DNA from: an uncultured Nitrososphaerales archaeon
GTDB lineage: Archaea; Thermoproteota; Nitrososphaeria; Nitrososphaerales; Nitrososphaeraceae
Reading direction: 5' to 3'
DNA: 64,000 nucleotides
NCBI GenBank assembly: GCA_963713605.1
Contig: CAVQMO010000012.1
Location: 64,001 to 128,000 of the forward strand
The translations under genes and the position numbers were made by a program. Positions within the stretch are counted from its first letter, which is position 1. Every line of letters starts with the position of its first letter. This document shows positions 34,509 through 45,100 of this stretch, piece by piece. The notes beneath the pieces are model-generated. The model did not search any database. It was given only the letters and a program-made list of their open reading frames with translations, and had not been told where the DNA came from.

Positions 34509-34571
34509 AGGATAGGTAAGGGTTAGTAAGGGTAAATGGATGCGGACAACACAAACGCCCTTACCTATCCT
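34509..34571. repeat. Perfect 14-bp inverted repeat with a 35-nt spacer
   Basis: aggataggtaaggg at 34509-34522 and cccttacctatcct at 34558-34571. Confidence 0.85.
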
Positions 34572-34940
34572 GTGCAGGTATCCATTGAATTTGGTGTCTT
34601 AAAATTAACAGAACCCATATACTATTGGGATATTTGATTAGTTATTGGCTTAATCATGACATAGCAATATAAGTAAGTGGTTAAGTAACTCTGACCATTG
34701 CCCCTGACCATTTACTGTCGGTTTAGAACCTGATAACTAGAGATTCGCGGCCATAGCGTCGCATTATACTGTGAAAAATTTATAATTTAGACAAGCAAGT
34801 CTAAATCCATCCAGAAGATCATTATGTGAAGTTTGGGATTTGTCCAGCTTCCAATCATCGACTACAACAGCGGTTCGAAATGAGACTATTAGTTGCCGTA
34901 AGGATGGGTGAATCTTGATGAACCTTTTAGACATTAACAT

Positions 34941-35456
34941 TTACTTTATCTTTGATCTCTTGATCTTTTCCTGCAGTAACATAGTCCCCTGTATCAATGT
35001 TTCAGGACGTGGAGGGCAGCCAGGGACATATACATCGACTGGAATGATTCCATCTACACCTGGTAGTACATTATAAGAATCTATGTATAAGCCACCCGTG
35101 ATAGCACACGCACCCATTGCTATAACATATTTAGGCTCAGGCATTTGATCATACACCATCCGTAATCTAGGTGCCATCTTTCTTGTCACAGTTCCCTGTA
35201 CTACTATCAAGTCACATTGTCTAAGTGAGCCAAAAGCTTCAATAATGCCAAATCTTTCAACGTCATATCTTGGACCTGAAGCAGCTCCAAATTCAACACT
35301 GCAACAGGCCGTCTCCAAATGGACTGGCCAGAGGGACCACACTCTACCCCAATTTATAGCGTACCCCAATGGTTTGTCGATAGCCTTCACTAGCACGTCT
35401 CCAAGTCGGCTTACCATGAGATTAAAGTTAGAAGGGTTGAGCAGTTCCGTTTTCAT
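34941..35456 (-). CDS. nuoB: NADH-quinone oxidoreductase subunit B (stand-alone copy)
   Basis: TACCSVE, YDQMPEPKYVIAMGACA and VDVYVPGCPPRPE. Confidence 0.96.
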   Translation of the reverse strand: MKTELLNPSNFNLMVSRLGDVLVKAIDKPLGYAINWGRVWSLWPVHLETACCSVEFGAASGPRYDVERFGIIEAFGSLRQCDLIVVQGTVTRKMAPRLRMVYDQMPEPKYVIAMGACAITGGLYIDSYNVLPGVDGIIPVDVYVPGCPPRPETLIQGTMLLQEKIKRSKIK

Positions 35457-36060
35457 ATGGGCTATAATATCACTTTCTTCCAGTACAATTACTCAGGAAT
35501 CATATTTAATAATTGAGGTCACACATCATTAGTTGTCTGATGATTTAGTGGAAAAAAAGGTCTCTGAAGGAAGGCCTTTGTAGTATTCATCGGTTGGTAT
35601 TAAATTCAAATTCAGATCGGTTGGTATTAAATGGTATCGAGGCTTGAAGGAGAGTTATAGCAGAACAGATGTAATGCCAGAAGATGAATCAGGTACTTAC
35701 AACTTTTCACAAGAGCAACACGAATAAAGAATATCAATGCCCAACCTGCTATCAAATATACTCATTTGTAACACAAGAGGGCTCACTAACAAGATAACAA
35801 CAATAACCCAACAGATCTTAAATGTTGAATGAAGAGGAACAGATTGTTGATTACAGACTATCCTGGTTCACTTCTCGTTATATGAATATCCTGAAAGATA
35901 ATGTATATTTCAAAGATGGATATAGTATACTAGAACATAAAACTATGACTTAGTGACACATGTTTTACATCTGATTGATAAAGCCTTTCAACGGGATTAT
36001 TCCACATCTGAAAGGACGTTCAAAAAGTATAATATCCTACCTAGACTTGAAATACTAAAC

Positions 36061-36262
36061 ATGTCGTCAGAACTACCTCATATTTGGCAGAACGATTTGA
36101 TGAAGGGAATAGAAGATGTTGAGCAAAAGATGATGCTGCTCGTGAACGTATATCGAAAAATCCAAGAGTCATCGCGGATCATGTAAGAGCTTTGGAAAGT
36201 GTTCGTAAAGCCAAGGATGATGTTGCTCATTTTATAGGCGTCTTTAATGACGAATCGAGATG
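36061..36262 (+). CDS. Small helical hypothetical protein, frameshifted
   Basis: MSSELPHIWQNDLMKG.. continues in a shifted frame as SKNPRVIADHVRALESVRKAK.. Confidence 0.4.
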
Positions 36263-36416
36263 AGTAATAACTAACCCAACTAACTAATGCTATAACTGAA
36301 GCGATAACCTGAATATATCAAGTAATCATTATTAGTTGCTTTCTTGTCTAGAGTCAGTTCCCCTTTCTGTACTTCTTCCCTTATAGAGGAGGGTTCGCCA
36401 AAAGTGGTTGGAGTTT

Positions 36417-36602
36417 TTAGAGTTCATCTAATAGACCTTCTGGATCATGACCTACCAAACTAACACATTTACAATCCATACTTCGACATCTTATCCTCTC
36501 TTCTCCGTCCTCTGTGAAATAATGAATATCCATTGGGTGCTTACAAGTTGGACAAGGATTCTTGTTATCCCCACTGTCTTCATTCTCGATAGCGGCAGTC
36601 AT
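36417..36602 (-). CDS. Small zinc-binding protein
   Basis: CPTCKHxxxxH..C..CKC motif. Confidence 0.6.
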   Translation of the reverse strand: MTAAIENEDSGDNKNPCPTCKHPMDIHYFTEDGEERIRCRSMDCKCVSLVGHDPEGLLDEL

Positions 36603-36992
36603 GCCTCAAAGATTCCTTCGGGAACAACGATTTGACCTTTCAACTTGCAATAACAAAAAGAAAGATAGCACGGTCGTTTCTGCCGCATCGTTTACAGATA
36701 GCCATTTTGATATATTTCCGAGCGTGGAACTAACTAAAAAGGATAGTATATCCTAGCGAATAAATGCATCTCAACCTGAGCATACCTATTGTCATCATAT
36801 TATGGCCGTGAGCACAAGGATTGGGTCTAAGATTGGAGTGAGGCTCGGAGGTATTAGGAACCTTGGAATCCGCGGGTTCGATTACGGTAATATGTGACCA
36901 CTAGTCTTAAATCGTCCTTGTCAGGATTTTGTTATTCTCTAATTAGTAACGCATAGATACTTAACAACTCTGTATGACCTCTAATTATTGGG

Positions 36993-37210
36993 ATGGCTAT
37001 TGACAACGCAACATTACTTCAGGTTAACACTAGCGCCATAGTGGGCATTTTTATCTTCTTAACCTTGCAAGGATTTGGTTCGACTCGATTTAGCCTAATG
37101 CAGACTAGGGCTATGAGTGATCCCATTCGCTTTTTCCGCGATAGCGATACTAATAGGTGAAATCTATTCTTCCTGTCTCGGCAATATTCTATCGGTTCAA
37201 AAACTAAGAG
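36993..37210 (+). pseudogene. Small membrane protein, frameshifted
   Basis: MAIDNATLLQVNTSAIVGIFIFLTL then a shifted VIPFAFSAIAILIG. Confidence 0.4.
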
Positions 37211-37309
37211 GCAAACGCATCAGATCTTAAATTAGAGCATCGTCTTTTCAGTTATAGGGATAAGGAACAATACACGACGAAGATAGGAAGCCTCTTGCTG
37301 GTTTATTGG

Positions 37310-37705
37310 CTACTTCCATTCCCAAACCTTCAAATGGAAGTTGCCTCCTTCGTCGATGTCCAACTCCCAAACTCCCGGCACGCTATTTAACCTTGCAAAT
37401 TTCGGCGAGGAAGCCTGCCAGATAACTCCACCCCGCCAGCTCGCCTTTAGGTCACTTCCGGTAGGTCGCCCCCTTCCATGAGCCCACACACCTACAATGT
37501 CCCCATCTTTGGTTGTGCAGATTCCATTGAACTCTGCAATCAAGGTTCCTCCATGCGGGGTTGCGACGCCTGTATAGATAGATGAATAGTCTGCACCGAA
37601 CAATTTGCCAGTTCCCTGATAGGTCGCTTCCACTTTTCCGTCGGGGAGTGCCCTTATTCCCGCGAACTTGCCAGTTTCTTCGAATGCTAAATCTCCTAGA
37701 GCCAT
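37310..37705 (-). CDS. Hypothetical beta-rich protein
   Basis: 131-aa ORF, visibly GC-richer than its flanks; partial homologue at 59850-59969. Confidence 0.75.
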   Translation of the reverse strand: MALGDLAFEETGKFAGIRALPDGKVEATYQGTGKLFGADYSSIYTGVATPHGGTLIAEFNGICTTKDGDIVGVWAHGRGRPTGSDLKASWRGGVIWQASSPKFARLNSVPGVWELDIDEGGNFHLKVWEWK

Positions 37706-38149
37706 GTGACCGTAGAATCGATGCCTGCTATTTATGCGTTCTCAGTTCCCCTAATGAATAGTAATACAATTTCAACAAACTAACAAACCAACTTCCCATC
37801 TAGGAAACATATTGACGATACCGATATCCGTGAGTTTCTTAGATAAATCGCATTCATCTAATCTGACAGGTATTAGACGTATGTTTGATTTAGAAGCATA
37901 ATTAATACAATGGACTGAAATCGGCAAAACATAATTGTCTCTTTCATTTTAATCGGTTAATAACCTCAATTCCATATAATAAACATTTTCTAGTCACGGC
38001 GAACAAGATACCTATTGGCTGTTAATACCAATTAGAGTTTTCTTGAAGTGTTAATTACGCAATTGTTGGGTTTTATTACTAAGGTATAAACCATCCTGTA
38101 TGCGAATCAACTATAGAGTACTTGAGGTACTATAGAGTACCTATCCTCT

Positions 38150-38320
38150 TGATTGTCGGACTGATATCACCCCATCTCAAACTTTTATCGGTACTGTAGT
38201 ACCGTTCGCTAAATTTTATTGGTTACTCAAGATGAGTACACATCCAATAGCTAATACCTTTGCATATATAGCACCTATCGTGGCAGTCCTTTTGGGATGG
38301 GCTATTCTTGATGAACCTGC
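38150..38320 (+). pseudogene. C-terminal fragment of an EamA transporter
   Basis: FYWLLK..IANTFAYIAPIVAVLLGWAILDEP matches LANTFAYVSPVVAVILGWAILSEA of 39310-40278. Confidence 0.7.
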
Positions 38321-38394
38321 AGGTGTGGTTACTAGAGGCCCAAATCTTCCGCGATCTATTAACCCTGGAATCAACAAAAGCCTAAATATTCAAA

Positions 38395-38634
38395 ATGCAG
38401 TGCAACTATGTTATGACAATAAGTCCAGAAGAAAGAGAAAGTAGATTGCGTAAGATGAGGAAGGATGGTAAAGATTCCTTGTTGGAACATTATTCTGCAC
38501 TGTTCGTTCAGTTTATGGATGAGGCTAATGCTCTCTTTTCTAGGGGTGACCATGCATCAGCAGCAGACGTCTTAATGAAAGCCACCCTTTATAATAAAAT
38601 GCTGACAGACATTGAAGGTGGTGAAGGCTCCTAA
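38395..38634 (+). CDS. Small helical hypothetical protein
   Basis: ORF at the head of a tightly packed small-gene run. Confidence 0.55.
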   Translation: MQCNYVMTISPEERESRLRKMRKDGKDSLLEHYSALFVQFMDEANALFSRGDHASAADVLMKATLYNKMLTDIEGGEGS

Positions 38635-38691
38635 ACAAGTCAAAATTATTGCAATCGTAAATATGGGTTAGTGGTTGACTAGTAGATAGAT

Positions 38692-38820
38692 ATGCCGGAA
38701 TGCTATCGGTGTGGTAACAAGAAGATGGAGCGTATCTGGCATATGGAAGATGATAAAACATACTGGCACTGCTACAAGTGCGGTCGTAAGTATAATGCAG
38801 AATGGGATCTAAATGTCTAG
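38692..38820 (+). CDS. 42-aa zinc-ribbon microprotein (below the ORF-track cutoff)
   Basis: MPECYRCGNKKMERIWHMEDDKTYWHCYKCGRKY. Confidence 0.7.
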   Translation: MPECYRCGNKKMERIWHMEDDKTYWHCYKCGRKYNAEWDLNV

Positions 38821-39010
38821 ACGTAAGTGCAATTATTGCAATGATGTACCGACTACGGTATATTGTTTTGCTAATTTTAGTGTCATTATTTGTTCTATAG
38901 TAGAGTATTATCATTTCGGTAAAACGTCCATGTTTATGAAGAGTCAATGTTGTTTCTGTGCGCTCTATAAACTGAAACGCTTTTTAACTAGCATATCTCT
39001 GCTAATGGTA

Positions 39011-39130
39011 ATGGTGGGCAAGACATATCAACTGACTTTACCAGGAGATTCTTATCGCATATTCATAGAGGGTCTCAAATCCCCGGTCACCAAAGCTGCC
39101 TACAGCTATGCCCTCCAAAAATACATGAAA
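39011..39130 (+). mobile_element. N-terminal fragment of a probable phage-type integrase
   Basis: YRIFIEGLKSPVTKAAYSYALQKYM resembles an integrase N-terminal SAM-like domain; coding signal ends abruptly. Confidence 0.5.
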
Positions 39131-39309
39131 ACCGGAACATTTGAAGTCCTCTACGAAGGAATATTTATCTCAAAAACCCCACTTCAAAACACGCTTTTGA
39201 AACAATGTTTACGTCTACAAACTTTAGAAATAGCTTATCTCTCTTTTTTTCGATTTTTACTTTCAACCCTATCATCGTACGATTCAAACTTATACAAGAC
39301 ATTTGAATA

Positions 39310-40278
39310 TCATAATTTCCCTTTATTTGCAATCAAAACTACTCCAGTCATTATTATCGCGGTAGCGATTATTATCTGTGGAGTGATAGCTTCACTAAGT
39401 ATCGCCCATCCCAAAATAACAGCTACTACTGGACTTACGTAGGCAAAAGTATTGGCTAATGATGCTGAGGTATTTCTAAGAACCCAGAAAAATCCAGCCC
39501 ATCCAACTGAACCCACAGTTATGAGGTACAATAGTGAAGTCATGGACGGCATAGAAATTGCAGATACATGAAAATTCTGTAGCTCGCCTATTGCAATACT
39601 CAATAGAATTAAAAAAATTCCACCTACAAATAACATCATACCAGTTGAAATCAGTATGTTGGTAGGGAGATCTGTTTTAGATGAATACAACGATCCGACT
39701 GACCAGATGATTGCAGCTATTACTAATGCGATTATACCAACAAATTCAAATTCCATTTTAGGAGAATCTATTTCTACAAATTGTGCTGCCAGAGAAGGAA
39801 ATATCAATATAACAAAGCCTACGGTACCTGTAATAACTCCAATTACAGTAAACTTCTTCAGCTTTTCTCTATATACTATTTTCCCAAGTAGTAATACCCA
39901 GATAGGAACTGTCGAGAATAAGAGTGCAGTAACACTAGATGAAAGATATTGCTCGCCCCATGCCAATAGTCCCTGTCCACCAAGTACTAATGCACACCCA
40001 ATAATTGTTGCTTCCTTCCATTGTCTCTTGTTAAATATTGATGCAAGTTTGTACCGATGGCTGACATGAGAATTTTGACCTCGATTAGTCCCAAAGTTGT
40101 TGTTTTGGGAAGGAAGTAGAATGTATACCAGCATAAGAAGCGCACCCGATGATGCATACCTTATTCCAGACATTAAAAATGGAGGGATAGTATCGATCGC
40201 AATTTTTATAGTGATATATGTAGATCCTATAATTACCCAAAGTAATATTAACACCAACCAAACCTTTAACCTAGCCAT
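39310..40278 (-). CDS. EamA/DMT transporter (YedA-like)
   Basis: IGSTYITIKIA, IPPFLMSGIR, EQYLSS and AYVSPVVAVILGW. Confidence 0.92.
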   Translation of the reverse strand: MARLKVWLVLILLWVIIGSTYITIKIAIDTIPPFLMSGIRYASSGALLMLVYILLPSQNNNFGTNRGQNSHVSHRYKLASIFNKRQWKEATIIGCALVLGGQGLLAWGEQYLSSSVTALLFSTVPIWVLLLGKIVYREKLKKFTVIGVITGTVGFVILIFPSLAAQFVEIDSPKMEFEFVGIIALVIAAIIWSVGSLYSSKTDLPTNILISTGMMLFVGGIFLILLSIAIGELQNFHVSAISMPSMTSLLYLITVGSVGWAGFFWVLRNTSASLANTFAYVSPVVAVILGWAILSEAITPQIIIATAIIMTGVVLIANKGKL

Positions 40279-40464
40279 AGATCGATATCCTTGATAACTA
40301 ATGAGTTCAATTTTGATTTGTTTCTAAAAATTGTTTATATATAATAGTTGTTATGATACCACTTTTAGTTAACATAATCAATTAGATCCCTTTCCCATTC
40401 ACTAACTATACCGTTGTTTCAATGATATATTCAATGTAGAACGGACATAAGTGCAATAAATCAA

Positions 40465-40700
40465 GGAGTCATAAGGTTGTATGTTGTTAACAAAGGTCTT
40501 ATATCGCATTCAAAACTGGAATTAAGTGTAAATTGATTTAATTACAAACATTTTGATAAATGAAATCGATACAATTTGAGAGTGTCTTGGGCCGTTATCT
40601 GATCTAAAGTATGGCGAAAAAATACGCGCTATCGAGAAAGCAGAGCCAATAATGACTACCAGCAAGCTAAGCGGGATAAGCCACTAATCAGGATGCAGCA
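40465..40700 (+). pseudogene. Degraded paralogue of 60851-61402
   Basis: ILINEIDT..SVLGR..DLKYGEKIRAIEKAE..NND matches ILINEIDTLDSILGRLFDLKYGENGRAIEIAEANND. Confidence 0.7.
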
Positions 40701-40845
40701 CAGGATCAAAGATTATTGTTCAATTCTTATATACAAAATTAAGACTGAAACGTTAGTCTAACTCTTCGCATATCTTTAACTAATTATTCCAAATATTGTG
40801 TAATATTCTCAGAATATTTAAATATTTGATAAATCTGAAAGATGC

Positions 40846-43247
40846 ATGAATAAATTTCCTGAGGAGTTAAATGAGCCCTCTAAGGATAAGATACTGATTG
40901 ATAAAACTCGGTTGCTCATAGCACTAAGAGAATCGCACACGTTAGAAGATGTACAAGCTCGATTACTTGGAACAGAACTTGTACTTGAAAGCGATATGCG
41001 AAGGAATAATGAAACAGGACGTGAACGACCAACGGAATTAATCAATCATACAGATAAACGCTACTGGACCCGATCACGGGAAGGTAACCCTATAAGCGAG
41101 GGAACACTTAATAGATTAAGCGAAATATTTTCTGAGCAACTTGATTGGATAGGACCTGTGTACCAGAACCCAGACCAATCTGGTCGTGAAGGATTATTTT
41201 GTCCGATACCAAATGTTCTGGTCATTAAGTTTGCTACTTCCTTGAGTAGTAAAGACAGCGAATTGTTAGAAATACTTGCTAGGTATAATATGGAAGAGGT
41301 GATTGAAAAATCTAAGTATCTAAATGAGTATCACTACTTTATCATAAAGAATATTGGGAATGAAAATGCCTATCAAATTAAATACATATTATTAAATGAA
41401 TCCCAGTTTGTTAACGAAGTAGTATATGAAAGTATGCCAATGATATTTCCCGCATCCTTACAACCCAATGACACCCATTTTGGTGACCAATGGAATATGA
41501 CACGTATTGGAGCAGGAGGTAAGGGAACTTCAGCTTGGGATACTTCAACTGGTATTAATAATGTGGTTATTTGTATCTTAGATACAGGATGTGATTTAAC
41601 TCATCCTGATTTACAGTTTTCCACACCAGGAGTTCATTTGGATGATATGAAACCAGATGGTTCTCCAATAGAACACCCTTCAGTCCCTGGGGTGTCTGCT
41701 CATGGAACTTCATGTGCTGGTATTGCAGCTGCCATTTTTAATAATAGTCTAGGGGTTGCAGGTGTTGCTGGATCTTGCCAGATAATGCCTCTTGCTCTAA
41801 AGAACTGGACAAGTGCGGAGCTAGCTGCTGGAATCAATTTCGCAAGGATAAATGGCGCCCAAGTTATCAACATGAGTCTTAGAATGGATGCTCTTACCCC
41901 CCTACAAAAGGTGCTTGTGGATGATGCCCTCCAAAGTGCTTCTAATAACAATGTAATAATGTGCGCTATCGCGGGTAACGAAAACGCCAATAAAATAGCT
42001 TATCCAGGATCAAATTCAGCAGTTATTGCTTGCGGAGCATCTGACCAGATAGATAATCGCAAATCACCGACAAGTCCAGATGGCGAAACTTGGTGGGGAT
42101 CAAACTTTGGACCGGAGATATCGGTAGCAGCTCCAGGTGTAAGAATTCCAACAACTGACAACCAGGGAACTGCTGGATTCAATCCGGTAGTACCTCCTAA
42201 ACCAGGAGAATATGGTGATACTAATTATACGAAGTTTTTCAATGGAACCTCAGCCTGCCACTCCACATGTAGCAGGCCTTGCTGCGTTAATTAGAACTTT
42301 GTTTCCAGTGTTTACAAATGCTCAAGTTCAGGCAGCGAATTGAAAAAAATACCGATAAGGTTGGAACGGTACCTTACACTAATGCAGCTGGTCACCCAAA
42401 TGGAACTTGGAATCAAGAAATGGGTTACGGCCGTATTAATGCTGTTAAAGCCTTAATAGAACCTCGTGACTTATGGATAGCCTGGAAAGGCTCTGGTAAC
42501 GATCAACTCAATGCTATGAGCGTATTTGAGCCAAATAAGAGGATTGTATTAGATGAAACAAGTGATACTTCTCTTGCATTAGTTGCCTTTAGAAATAGTT
42601 TTTGGATAGCCTGGAAGGGCTCTGGTAACTATCAACTTAATGTTATGGATATATTTAATCCCAATAGTAAGATGGTCTTAGACGAAGAAAGTGACACTTT
42701 CCCAGCGTTGACAACCCATAACGACCAGTTATGGATAGCCTGGAAAGGCTCTGGTAACGATCAGCTTAATGTTATGGATGTATTTAATCCAAGCAGTAAA
42801 ATAGTTTTTAATGAGAAAATCGATGTTTCTCCTACAATATCTTCCAATGATGACTTGATATGTATAGCCTGGAAGGGCTCGGGTAACGATCAACTTAATT
42901 TTATGAACAACATCACCGTTCCAGGTACTATAATAGTCTTGAGTGATGAGAGTGAAACTTCCCCTTCATTAACCCGATTTAGTGAAGCTTTTTGGTTAGG
43001 CTGGAGAGGCTTGAATAACGATCTACTCAATGCTATGAATGTAGATATTCCCTCAACTAAGATAGTATCAGACCAAGAAAGTTCTCATTCACCCTCAGTT
43101 ACTGAATTCGACGATGACTTGTGGATAGCCTGGAAAGGCTCGGGTAACGATCAACTCAATGTTATGGATATATTTAATCCAAGCAGTAAAAGGGTAATGC
43201 CTGATTCAAGTGATACTGCACCATCAATAGCTTCTTTTAATCCATGA
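40846..43247 (+). CDS. S8 subtilase with a C-terminal six-repeat beta-propeller, frameshifted near 42255 and 42330
   Basis: ILDTG, HGTSCAG and GTSA, continuing as TPHVAGLAAL in a shifted frame; six W(I/L)AWKGSGNDQLN-type repeats. Confidence 0.88.
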
Positions 43248-43581
43248 CTGTAACGCAATAGTTGTTATATGACCGACCAAGAACCGGTCCTGACGATATG
43301 AAGATCTTTTGTCAGATCATATCTTGCATGTTGGCAACGTTCAAATTTAATCTAATGAGCCAGTAGCATCTCTGAGCCAGTTGCTAGAATAGGTACAGAT
43401 AGTAGTCAGACATTCGATCCAATATTGAAATTAGCAAACTAACTGAACCAATGGCGTAGCAAGCGGATAAGGGAGACCCTTTCTTCATTTTTCCACCATT
43501 AATCAAACGCATACGCATTTTCTCTATTCTAAATGTTCTGGCATTGATAAAAGAATAGCTAGCGGTGAAATTAGTTTAGTC

Positions 43582-43860
43582 ATGGCTGCCCCAGGTAGTT
43601 ATGTAGAGCCCGAAGTGAGGGAAAGAAGGCTACGCGACCTTGCCAATAGGCTTATTGATGAAGAACGGATTGAACCCGATAACGTGGTTCAATCAAAGCG
43701 CGAGTATGCAAATATCAAGCAGGATTTGACTCAGGAGTTTTTGAAATTCATAAAGATAAGTGAAGAATGTGAGATAGACCGTGGCATATTAGAGGCGGTT
43801 GTTTACAATGACATTGCTGAAGAAATACATACGGCTTTGAAAAAGTTTGATAATGTGTGA
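43582..43860 (+). CDS. Hypothetical protein
   Basis: 92-aa charged helical ORF. Confidence 0.55.
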   Translation: MAAPGSYVEPEVRERRLRDLANRLIDEERIEPDNVVQSKREYANIKQDLTQEFLKFIKISEECEIDRGILEAVVYNDIAEEIHTALKKFDNV

Positions 43861-43994
43861 TAAAATGCTAGTAAGGGATTACAGGAATTTTTAGAAAAAG
43901 GCAGGAAAATGAAATGGGGTGGAGACTCGAGTCGAAAACAGCTTTGAACAGAATTAGGAAAACAAATACTGCCAAGACAGCAGCGCTTTTGGGT

Positions 43995-44603
43995 TCATAT
44001 CTCACTCAGAAGTCTTGTTTTTACTGCCTCGAACTCTTTATCTGATACCATGCCTTTCTCCTTCAAAGCTGAGAGTCTTTCTAGTCTTGAAATGGGATCA
44101 TCGGGTTTCTGTTGTTGCTGTACTACTATATCGCCTGTGACATCATCCAGTCCAAAATCACCGTGCATTCCCTTTCTAATGGCACCGAACAACTCTTCTG
44201 CAACTTCCTTTGAAACTGCTGGCAGCTTCACTTTTTCGGAATTAAATCTGGGAGTTAGTTCTATTGCGGTCGTAAAGATACCTCTGTGAAGCTCCACGTT
44301 TGCCAGATCTTCATATGCATAGTCCATCAAATCTACCTTAAGACCCCACATTCTTGGATTTCTAAAGATAATACGTTTGTTTGTCACATAGATAGAGTTT
44401 GGTGTGGCTATGCTACCGCCTGGCATCATTCTGCTCTGGTCTGCATTAATTAGTACTTGTTCGCCTTCAGTTAGCATCTTGTCGATACTTGTCTTTGCAT
44501 CTGCGCTGGTTATCTCAAGAGCTTTAGTCGGCTTGCGCCAATGTCCTAATTTTCTATCCAGTGTAGTCTTAATTTCAGTCTGCCCCTTTTTCTCATCAAT
44601 CAA
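43995..44603 (-). CDS. PH domain plus SHOCT protein, paralogue of 18831-19502
   Basis: QSRMMPGGS, IYVTNKRIIF and RLERLSALKEKGMVSDKEF. Confidence 0.85.
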   Translation of the reverse strand: MIDEKKGQTEIKTTLDRKLGHWRKPTKALEITSADAKTSIDKMLTEGEQVLINADQSRMMPGGSIATPNSIYVTNKRIIFRNPRMWGLKVDLMDYAYEDLANVELHRGIFTTAIELTPRFNSEKVKLPAVSKEVAEELFGAIRKGMHGDFGLDDVTGDIVVQQQQKPDDPISRLERLSALKEKGMVSDKEFEAVKTRLLSEI

Positions 44604-45100
44604 AGTTCATTTTCTCCCCACAACTAATCACCAGTGAAACTCATTTCTTTGTTTAACTCGTTCAGAAGAAGAAGTGCTCATACTAATACTATATGGAAGA
44701 AAATGCAAGCTCTATCCATAAGTCTAATCTACTACACCAAATTTCGGTGTGTTTATTGCCTGTATTTCAGTATCCAACAAGCATGTATCCTCTTCCCCAG
44801 ACCAAGCCGTATTGAACAGTCCTCCTCGTGATCTTTGAAAACACTTTAAAGTCTTGCCAAACCCCCTTGGGCCCATCCACTACGTGGGTTCATATACTTC
44901 TGGAGAGTATACATCTATTGAACCTGCACCAATTGACGATTACTTACTATGAAAGGAGGAGGTATTGATGCCTACCACGCTTTCTACAACCATTAGACAT
45001 GTTCATGACAGAGTGCCTAATTCTGTGAACTCAACTAGCGCCGGGGCTTAGCACCGCAGTGTAACGCAAGCACTTCCGGATTATATCTGATAAGCCTCTT

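Noticed and set aside
35589..35632. 17-bp direct repeat atcggttggtattaaat upstream of nuoB
   Set aside because: Could be an operator, but cannot be told from a local duplication like the one at 55980
36860..36890. gggttcgatt T-loop-like motif
   Set aside because: No T-stem or acceptor stem around it
38813..39442. 209-aa ORF as a single gene
   Set aside because: Looks chimeric: a CxxC start, an integrase-like fragment and antisense overlap with EamA
42471..43190. Regularly spaced tggatagcctggaa(a/g)ggctc(t/g)ggtaac repeats resembling CRISPR
   Set aside because: In-frame propeller blades inside an ORF; the intervening sequences are homologous to each other
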